The position numbers and the translations under genes are program-made. Positions 55,051 to 64,000 of a stretch of DNA of 64,000 bases are shown here, piece after piece. The DNA is taken from the NCBI GenBank assembly GCA_036630325.1, contig CP142733.1:620001-684000 (forward strand), in the 5' to 3' direction. Below the pieces are notes generated by a model. It was not told where the DNA came from. It made no database searches and saw only the letters and a list, made by a program, of their open reading frames with translations. The stretch's first letter is position 1. Each line of letters opens with the position of its first letter. Source of the stretch: Vairimorpha necatrix (Eukaryota).

Positions 55051-55421
55051 ATATAATGTAATCAATATATAATTTATTTGGGTATAATATTCGGCTTATT
55101 AATTACTTTTCACAAGATACGCTTACAGTCTCATCTGGCAGTTCAGGACTTCCTTCTGAGATTCACTCATTAGGCTCTCGAAGACCCCTTCCTGATATGT
55201 ATCGAGCCCATGTCTGGCTGACATAGTTAGGCTTTCTAAAGTCATTTAAGGAATCTTGACTGTATATATGCTTCCGTTCTGGGTTTCAATCTGAGCACTT
55301 TGATATGCGTACGGTGAAAATTAGTTACTATTCCATCCCACATCACGTAAGGAATAATTTTCGGCTTGTATTTGTAGAGAGAAGCCACATGATTTACGAG
55401 CAAGTCGTATTTACGTTTCTT
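55051..55421 (-). mobile_element. Short 3' fragment of an R4-like element (same subfamily as 13860-14825) with an 11-bp TSD
   Basis: The reverse complement matches ~14463-14825. Flanked by atataatattc at 55040-55050 and 55422-55432. Confidence 0.88.
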
Positions 55422-55423
55422 AT

Positions 55424-56592
55424 ATAATATTCTTATATACTTATTTTTTAGTACTAATTCATTCTGATATTAACTTAAGCGTTCTCAGCAACAATAACAT
55501 GGATGTGTATCTTGGCATCAATAACATGCGTCGAAAAGTTAGATATATATCAACACAGTTAGTTGACAAAGACTTTAAGAATAATATGGTTAACACATAC
55601 AAAAAACGATCTGATAGAGGACGAAAAACCAAGAAATATTTTTTCAATGTATTAAGCATCACTGAAAGAAAAACAATCTGAAACTTGTTGCAAACTTATA
55701 ATTTCAATGATGACAAGTAAATCTAAAAAACACGTTTATTACTAGCTAGGTTATAATAAAAATTACAAAAAAGGTGGATATTAAGAAGGGGTATTATATT
55801 CAGAAAACGGTTAGAGTACCTCAAACAATAAATTTAAATTTTATCACTAGTGAAACTTTTGTATTTGATACTACTATAAATTTTAATGAAGTAAACTGGT
55901 CTAATTCGACCTATTTACATAGGGTCATAAAAAATTGTGGTATATATTCCGACCTAGAGACAAAATATTGTCTGTTAAAGTGGTTTATAAAGATGATAAT
56001 AGTGTAATATTAGTAAAAAAAATGATGATTTAAATAACATCGATATAAAGATAGACAAAAATACAAACAAATAAAAAAAGTCTGAAGATATTAGCATCAG
56101 TACTGAAAATTTGATAAGACAAGTATTATTTTTGAACCAATACAAGAGGAACTTGAGTTTTTTGGAGAGACAAATTAACAATCTTTAAAAGGTTTTAACA
56201 AAATTGATGAAAAATCTTTTTTTGAAAAATATAATACAGTTGCACATGAAAGATTACACGTATCTAAAGACAAGGAAGAAATGATAGATCATCGAAAAAA
56301 TTCAAGATGATCGAAATGAAAAGAATGTCGATAATGAATGTTTGAACGTAACGATAAACGAAAAGAAAACAGAAGCCTAAATATGCACAGATAAAAAAAA
56401 AGATAAATAATAGTTCAAATATCACGAGTCTTATAAATAACGAAAAAATAGGAAAAACATTGTAAAATATAGTATCAATACTGAGGATATAGAATGTCTT
56501 ATAGTTTATCCACCTCTTTAATATTATAATTGGTTTAGGACTTGTTTCATTGTTTGTACATTTATTATTAAGCAATAAATACGAATTTTATA
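55424..56592 (+). pseudogene. Family-1 long-form pseudogene
   Basis: IIFLYTYFLVLIHSD signal remnant without ATG, MDVYLG and NTYKKRSDRGRKTKKY. Several stops follow, then a charged stalk and TM-like LFNIIIGLGLVSLFVHLLL at ~56515-56570. Confidence 0.8.
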
Positions 56593-57639
56593 AGTTTTTT
56601 ACTATACATGCAAGATTTTTCGTTTTCTTTTTTTTAATGATGTAGTTATTTTAGAAAATAATCAACAATTACGCTTTAATCAATATTAACGTTGAGTAGA
56701 TACAACTTAGTATAATACAAAATATATTTGGGTATAAAATCTTACTTATGGATTTACTTTACAAGCTACAATCACAATCTCTTTTGAAAGTTCAAAGTTC
56801 CCTGCTTAAAAAACATGTTGGGCAAATAAATACCCCCAACCTAATAAAAATTTGTAAATTTTTATCTATATTTTCTTAATACATAAATGTACTTGTGATC
56901 TGAATCTAGATAATTTTAGAAACATAAGTTCTATGGTTCTGAGCATGTTTTATATACCCTTTCAACTCCTTTTATTATATAATAAACTTATAGGCTATGA
57001 TCAATTTATAAATCATCAAGGAATAGAAAAAAACCATATTACATGTATTTATAATTCAATAATTTTTTGACATGTGATTTTTTGGTTATCTTATTATTTT
57101 ATTAAACAACTAAAATTTTTTAAACGATAGATTTTTATAATCCAAGATCAAAAAGTAACATAAGGTAATAAAATCAGGTAGTGAATTGAATTTAAATAAA
57201 AAAATTATACTTGCTATAAAGAAGGTTTTTATTGCTTTTAACGTATTAATTATTGCTTGGCGCGTAGAAAACTAATTGATCTACAATAAATAAGTTACAG
57301 ACATTAGAAAGGGTGTTCAATAACAAAACAAACTCTATTAAGTTATAGTAAGCCCTGCTCTTACCATATGCCTATAAAAGCAATTAAAATGACAAACTTT
57401 GGTATATGATTAAAAAGTCAGTCATTTTTAGTTTTATACATAATACTATAAAGCACTCAGTACATTCTTTGTACCTAGTAACTAAATATTAGCATAGTGT
57501 TATTGAAAAATAACTTGTATTATATAAATGTCACTATACAAGAAAACGTATGACATTATAAGACTTAAAATTTAAGCAGAATATGATATACTTAGATTAC
57601 TTTGGTAAGAGATCACCCAATTTTACCAAATAAATGACA

Positions 57640-58560
57640 AATTCATTACCAGACAGAAGCTTATAAGTTCTAGGCTTATCTACAACTATTATCCTAATTA
57701 ATAATATCACACGAGGTCTAGAAATCTAAACGGCAATATAAGTGTTAAAGATATAGTATAACATGATTTTCTATTCACAATTGAAAATATAAGTTTAAAA
57801 ATAACAATCATAAACCAAAACACATCAAAAAAGAAAAAATGAGGATTTATCATATTTTTTTACAACAAGTGTCATGAGAATATTATAAAGCTTTGTAGTA
57901 AAGATAACTCAAAGATAAGAGTAGAAGCACAAAAAGTAGCGCCTTAAAACTAAATATAAAATAAACCAAATTAGCAAGATTATTTTTTAAGAGAAACCAA
58001 ATTAGAAGTATAAGACAATCATACCCTGTCAACAAAAAACAAACGGATTAGATTCGTGGCGATTTTTGCACTCTACAGACAAAAAATAAGTTTTACAAAG
58101 TCTAAAAGTATAGTCACTAAATTTTACAATATATGAAGATCTTGGATTGTATAGATACCAAGGGCGATCAAATGTCAATGTAACTAATACTAAATATATA
58201 TTTAATTCATTTGTTTTGAGAATTAATAAATCATAGAACTAAACATACACTCAGTGCATATTGAAATTGAAGACGATCAAGCTAATATTATTAAACACGA
58301 GAAAATTTTATATACTAAAAAACTCTGATATTCTTGTACTTGACATAAAAAAATCGTAATGTGTTTGGAATGCCCAACCAGAACGATTCACTTCTGTCGA
58401 GAATGAAATCAAGAGAAAACGATTTTTTACAAACAATCAGAACCATAACGAAATTCTGAACATTACCTTTTCTAGCCGTTTATACACTACACTGGAGTTG
58501 TAAATAGGCACAATGTAAACAACAATAGTAACCAAATAAAAAGCATATTATAACCTAATA
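57640..58560 (+). mobile_element. Very old R4/Dong-like remnant
   Basis: Traces of RLE motifs (ctgatattcttgtacttgac ~ DILVLD; gtcgagaatgaaatcaagagaaa ~ VENE.KRK; accaagggcgatcaaatg ~ TK.DQM). Boundaries are uncertain. Confidence 0.45.
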
Positions 58561-58879
58561 AAATCGACTACAACATTATTAGAACAGAAAATATAATATT
58601 TTAAATCCGAAACTACGATATAATCTGTTAATGTCTAATAAAAGCGTCTAGTGTATAGCTATTTGAAAAAAAGATTTATTTATATTGAATAGTATGTGTA
58701 ATTTAGCCTTTTAAATATTTTTGAGTCTTTTAACATGAACATACTAATAGTAATCAATATTTGTGAAGAGTTTAATCCCACAAGCAACACTAATTATTTA
58801 TATACTGTAATAAAAATAAAATTAATGTGATATATATGTTTAATGTCTTTGTATTTAAAATTGTATAAAAGTTTATTCT

Positions 58880-60372
58880 TAAAAATAAAAGATTTATTGA
58901 GTTAATTTTCAATTATGTTTAGATATTCATAGCACAGCTTTCCCCGGTATCGCTCATGGGATTCAGCTCTTCACTGACTTTGGTTTTTGTGGAATTATTA
59001 ATGTTTTCCAACTTCACTTTAGCAGCTTCATTCCCCTTTGCCGACACCACTTCTTTAACAGTCACCATATTCGCTAGTGCGCTTACAGCTCTAGCCACTT
59101 CTTCTTCTCCTGCATCCTCCTGATCGTATCCTCGTCGTCGTTCCAAAGAGATGGACTCTAGAGTCTTCTTCATCACAATAGACTGGATATATGCTTCCAG
59201 GTAGGGTTGGATTTCTAGCTCCCTGATGTACTTTCTGTGATATTTGGTCACCACTCCATCCCATGTCATTACATAAGGAACTATTCTTGTCCGGGATTTA
59301 TGTATTAGTCCCAGTTCATTTGCAAGAAGGTCATATTTTCTTAGTTTTTCATTCTCAACTATAGTAAGTCGATCCTGGTTGGTTATACCAACTTCAACTA
59401 TTAAAATTTCTTTCTTCTTCTTGTCAAACACAAGAATATCAGGCTTATTATGGGTTACCTTTATATTAGTGGATATTCTCGTATCTACTCTTATTTCTGC
59501 ACGATCATTTTCCATGATCTCTTGTACTGAGTGTCCACGTATTTTCTTTGTCTTCTTAAACCCATATTTAATACATAGTAAGAGATGAATGCATCTAACT
59601 ACCTCGTTGTGTCTTTTCATATAATCAAAACCCAACATTCGATCACACTTGGTAGCTAAATGATCCACGGTCTTCCTATGAGATCCACAATGGGGACATT
59701 GTCCCTCTTGTCCACAGAAGATATTTCTATCCTGTAGGAAGCAGTAAATTGCTTCGGATCTAGCCTGATTGTTTCCTTTAACCAGCCAGGTAGAAGAGTC
59801 CCTAATGCTTACTAAATCATTGTCCCTAGCTTTAAACAACTTTCCATGGTTTGTCCTTATGTTAATTTTGTTGTAAAGCGCTTCTTTTTGGGATTCTATT
59901 AGCATCTTCTGGGTTATCTCTCCTACAAAGCTATACCTAATCCTTAGATACTCGTTTATTGTAAACAAGTGGGATTTGCTCTCTGCCTCTACTTTAAGTA
60001 TCGCTGCCCGTCTTAGTGAGCTATTTCTAGACCCATCTAATGTTTTATAAATATTCAGAAGCATACTTTCGCTTCTATCTTCGATACTTATGAGGCCTCT
60101 GCCCATTTCGGATCTAGGAAGGTATAGTCTTTCCTTGCAGGCTGGCTGCAGATGGACCTGGTACTTGATAAGTACCTGTCGGATATCAAAATCGAGACTT
60201 TTGAAATCTATTGGTTCTAATTTTAATAATCCTACATGATAGTTTATTACTGATATTGCATGCTCGTTTATAGCTCGAATCATATTCTTACCATTTAATT
60301 GAGTCTTGCACAGTTTTTCAACCCTCTGTAGGATCTCACTTCTTACTTTTTCAAAAGTCTCTCTTTTGATAG
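58880..60372 (-). mobile_element. 5'-truncated R4/Dong-clade non-LTR retrotransposon with an open frame
   Basis: Contains the ORF below plus a short AT-rich 3' UTR; the RT catalytic core is missing. Confidence 0.92.
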
Positions 60373-60388
60373 CACAAAGTTTATTCAT
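58919..60388 (-). CDS. RT thumb, CCHC zinc finger and restriction-like endonuclease (truncated retrotransposon ORF)
   Basis: RLYLPRSEMGRGL, CPHCGSHRKTVDHLATKC, RHNEV, KPDIL, EVG and K..KY..L motifs. The first few residues probably derive from flanking DNA. Confidence 0.92.
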   Translation of the reverse strand: MNKLCAIKRETFEKVRSEILQRVEKLCKTQLNGKNMIRAINEHAISVINYHVGLLKLEPIDFKSLDFDIRQVLIKYQVHLQPACKERLYLPRSEMGRGLISIEDRSESMLLNIYKTLDGSRNSSLRRAAILKVEAESKSHLFTINEYLRIRYSFVGEITQKMLIESQKEALYNKINIRTNHGKLFKARDNDLVSIRDSSTWLVKGNNQARSEAIYCFLQDRNIFCGQEGQCPHCGSHRKTVDHLATKCDRMLGFDYMKRHNEVVRCIHLLLCIKYGFKKTKKIRGHSVQEIMENDRAEIRVDTRISTNIKVTHNKPDILVFDKKKKEILIVEVGITNQDRLTIVENEKLRKYDLLANELGLIHKSRTRIVPYVMTWDGVVTKYHRKYIRELEIQPYLEAYIQSIVMKKTLESISLERRRGYDQEDAGEEEVARAVSALANMVTVKEVVSAKGNEAAKVKLENINNSTKTKVSEELNPMSDTGESCAMNI

Positions 60389-61022
60389 AGGTTTATTTAA
60401 AAATATGGCAAAAATTACTTAAGTGTCAAAAAATTTTAGGTCAAAATGATTCGAAGATTGACTCTTTGAACTTATCATATAAAAGAAAGATGAAAAATAG
60501 TGTTTGATCATTAAAGCGTAAATTATATTTAAAAGATAAAAAATGACCAATCTACAATAAATTTTATCTTTTTTGTAGATATAAAGCTAAACATTTATCA
60601 GAATATGAAAAAAACTGTTCATGTTTTTTCAGAATACCTTTAGATATTATTAATTTTTTTATAAATTTTATTTTTATAACTATCATGTTCTAGTATAAAA
60701 GAACATACTTTACAGGAAATTGTTCTATAGAATTTTTTTTTTTGGATAGAAATAAACTTGTAATATAATATATATAATAGAATCAAAATATACTAATTTA
60801 AATGGAAAAGTGATAGAAACTCGATTATTGTTCTATATTGCCAAAAAAAGAAAATATACTATTCGATTAACTTTTCACAAAAACCAAACTCACTTGCAGA
60901 CACCGGAGATATCATTTATTTAATAATTGATTTATATTTTAAATTGCAAGTTTATTTTTGTTTTATTAATCATCGTTTATTTAAAACAATATTTAAAAAT
61001 ATTTGACTTAGCTATTTATAAC

Positions 61023-61193
61023 TTTTGGAAGAGTAGATGAGTCTGCTCGAAATTGCATATTTATTAGGAAACTTTCGCTTTTATTTTTACGTATGAAACA
61101 CTGATATGTGGTACTATATACAGTTGGACCAGTTTTGTGCATTACAGTTTGATATCTGATATAAGGCAATGATTGGTAAATTGAGTTACAACA
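61023..61193 (-). mobile_element. Probable solo LTR (171 bp)
   Basis: Absent from copy A (~15437). Flanked by ataac at 61018-61022 and 61194-61198. The minus strand starts TGTTGTAAC, contains TATATA and AATAAA, and ends ...CCAAAA rather than CA. Confidence 0.7.
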
Positions 61194-62051
61194 ATAACAA
61201 TATTATCTTTTCAATTATATCCTATAACACTAAATTAACTTTTATGACAACATCATGTAATATATGTGATTGATTCGGCTTCAAAAGATTAATCTGCAGT
61301 TATAAAAAAAAGTATGTTGAAAATAAGAATAGTTATTTACACACTATCCGCTTACTTTGTATATGTGCTCATTTCATTGTCCTTAAATAGTTAGACAACA
61401 TATTTAAAACGGTCGTTTATTAAATAAAATTGCAGTTTTTCCAAAACATTCGCTTTTATTTCACAATTTGATTACGTCAAAAAGGGGTATTTTATAAGAA
61501 ATTTTGGCCCTGAATTGTTCGCCATCTAATATAAATTTTACCATTTTTATTTCATGGCATGCTGTAAATGTTCTAATACTAAACAAAAAACTGGTATAAA
61601 TTTCTACAAGTGTTTATGTTAAAAGTTTAAAAATGATATTAAATTGCCAATAATTTAATTTTATATAATCTGATAAATTTGATAATTAATCATATTATCC
61701 CATTCTGCATATATAATTTATAGTTTCTAAGATGAATCCTGGTTGCTTTAAGCATTAGTTTATGGAACGTCGATTACGAACCAGTTAGATATTTTTTTTA
61801 ACGCATTAAAACTTAGTACAACTTAATCATCAATGATATTTTCAAGCTACGTTATATCATATTTTCATGGCTTAAAAAACAACCCATATTGTAACAATTT
61901 AAATTTGACAATATTAATTTTTGCATAGTCGTTATAAGTTAATAAATAGTTTAATTTATGATCTTAGAACAAATAAGTAAAAGGTAATAAACTTTTAAAT
62001 GAATTGTTCAATATAAGTAAATATATATATATATGAAAAAAGTGAAACCCC

Positions 62052-62627
62052 ATGATATTGATTCTTTTTAATCTGCAATATATTTTTTCTATTGAGGCCA
62101 TGTTTATGGTACAAAGAGATGATAGATTCGTAGATGTTTACATAAGTTTAGCAGATGAAGAAAAAAACACTACCTATTCAATTTCTGAAATGGACGATGA
62201 TTATAATTTTAAATCAATTAATACATTCAATCATAAAATCCTAATAGGAAGAAAATATAAGACGCATTACTTTCTACCTATAACATTAAAAGAGGGAATG
62301 TATATTCATAAAATTTTGAATTCTGTTGCAAATAATAATGTCGAACTGATGAACATTATAAATTTGTTCTACAATGGTACATATATACTTAAAACTACTA
62401 TTACAACTGAAGATAAAAAGGTATATTACTTAGAACATGGAAAATATAATTCTGTAATACCGGATGATGCTTTCATAGTTAATTCGAAATTACACTTTCA
62501 GGAATCAAAAAGCTTATTTGAACTAGAATGGTTAGATATTTTCGATAAACGTGTTGATTATAAACTTCCAAAAAAATACTTTATAATACGTTACAGGAAA
62601 GTACTAGATGCTAAAGATAAAGATTAA
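62052..62627 (+). CDS. Family-1 secreted protein, duplicate of 16299-16874
   Basis: Same length, 7 amino-acid differences, CCCC-ATG start. Confidence 0.9.
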   Translation: MILILFNLQYIFSIEAMFMVQRDDRFVDVYISLADEEKNTTYSISEMDDDYNFKSINTFNHKILIGRKYKTHYFLPITLKEGMYIHKILNSVANNNVELMNIINLFYNGTYILKTTITTEDKKVYYLEHGKYNSVIPDDAFIVNSKLHFQESKSLFELEWLDIFDKRVDYKLPKKYFIIRYRKVLDAKDKD

Positions 62628-64000
62628 CTTGTACATGTATGATATAAAATCCTATGTAAAATTTTTTTACATTATCACAATTGTAATGGTAGCTTATAAA
62701 ATAATTTTCAGTCTATTGTGAAGCACCGAAAGTAAAAGAAAAAAGTACCATAGGAATTTGGTATAATTTACGTCAAATATAAGAAAAACTAAATACATTA
62801 ATTGTCAATAGTTACAAGCTAAAATTAATAAAAAATTATAATGTTTTTAAGATGATTTTTTTTTAATTTTCATTATCGCTAAAACTGATGAAAAGTATAA
62901 AATTTCAAATTTGTATATCAAGTTTATAAAATTAACTAATCACTTAATCCACGTAAAAAGTAGTTTAAAGAATGAAGAAAATATTTATAAAAATAAACTT
63001 AGACAAAATTAACAGTTCGTATCAAGAAAAAAAATCTTGCAATAGTTTTGATATATTTTCAGGTTGAGACGAAATTTTTATTTCATCAGAAATGAAATAA
63101 CTTGAAAAATATGAAAGCTTGAAATATTTTTTATGAGAAAAAAATCTACTCTTTTTTGATTGCATATAACATTTTACTTAAAAATCATCATGAAGAAATT
63201 TTTTTTGTAGATTTGTGACTTTTTAAACAATTATTGTAACAAATCTATTTTGTGTTAAATAGCTAATATAAAGCTTTATTGTCTCGTAATCGAATAAAAA
63301 ATTGTAATAAAATTTTTAATTATATGTTACAAAACCAACGGTATAAAAAGATATTACTTTTTTATTGAATAAAGCTCTTCGTTCTTGGTTTTATATCTAA
63401 AGAACAAAATTAAGATGTTAGTTTTTTTAGCAAACAAAAACTGTTGAGCATAAAGCATCAAAAAAGCGGAACGGTTCGATTTTAAAAAATTAAAAGGTAT
63501 TACACCAACAGCAAGATGTTTCAGTTTGTGAGCAACTAAATCTTTCCCAAAACTCGTAGTTTTGATGTCGATAATTTAAATTTTTATAAAAAAATATGAT
63601 TTAAGATTAAATGTGGTAAAAAAAAATTAGGTTGATTTATAGACTTATATCACAAAAACTTTTGTTCATGCAATGGGTATTTTTTTAAGTAAATTGGAAC
63701 AATATTATTCTATGGACGGCATTGTTGCAGTTATTTGTAGATATGTTTGCCATGTAGTCATATTTAGAAATTTGCATTTAAATGGAACAAAGCATTGACG
63801 ATGTAGTTTTAGTCTATCAGATTTCATAAATTTTTATATTTATTGCTATTACTTATTTCAAATCTATATAAAGCCTAAATGATTTCTGTTTGTCAAAATT
63901 GCACCTAGTTTTTTAGCATTTAATTATAATTAGTTGCAGGCTTGTAAATGGCAAATTAAAATTCAACTTAATAAAATCTAAAGACAAATAGTGGTTAAGC

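Larger units (their letters stand above)
31308..64000 (+). repeat. Segmental duplication, copy B (expanded by insertions)
   Basis: Collinear with 1-18255 except at 36400-39740, 47143-47271, ~48565-60400 and 61023-61198. Confidence 0.97.

Noticed and set aside
23638-55681. TGA recoding or readthrough, since the first in-frame stops at 23638, 53859 and 55679 are all TGA
   Set aside because: The same genes also carry TAA stops, frameshifts or lost start codons, and other genes use TGG for Trp. Ordinary decay explains it.
61030-61075. Hammerhead-like gatgag...gaaa in the 171-bp insert
   Set aside because: It lacks the CUGA core and convincing stems.
1-64000. CRISPR array, retron, DGR or other prokaryotic RT system
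   Set aside because: No repeat-spacer arrays or operons are present. The RT-related ORFs are clearly Ty3/gypsy and R4/Dong-type eukaryotic retrotransposons.

Overview
Very AT-rich, gene-sparse eukaryotic DNA, most consistent with a microsporidian accessory region. This is an inference from intronless short genes, CCC motifs just before the ATG, and Ty3/gypsy plus R4/Dong-type retroelements. No housekeeping, rRNA, tRNA or CRISPR features were recognised. The window is built on a diverged direct segmental duplication: copy A (1 to at least 18255) matches copy B (31308-64000). Copy B additionally carries a 3.3-kb gypsy element with 56-bp LTRs, two probable solo LTRs and an ~11.8-kb extra block. 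The host genes belong to two unrecognised families. Family 1 has at least 11 divergent signal-peptide proteins sharing V[DE][IV]Y[IL] and ILK[TA]T motifs; about half are intact short secreted-type genes and half are pseudogenes, several with a charged stalk and C-terminal membrane anchor. Family 2 has four 162-164 aa proteins with basic amphipathic C-termini. The window also contains many R4/Dong-like fragments, an 821-bp MITE-like element with 95-bp TIRs and an unexplained GC-rich multi-hairpin island.
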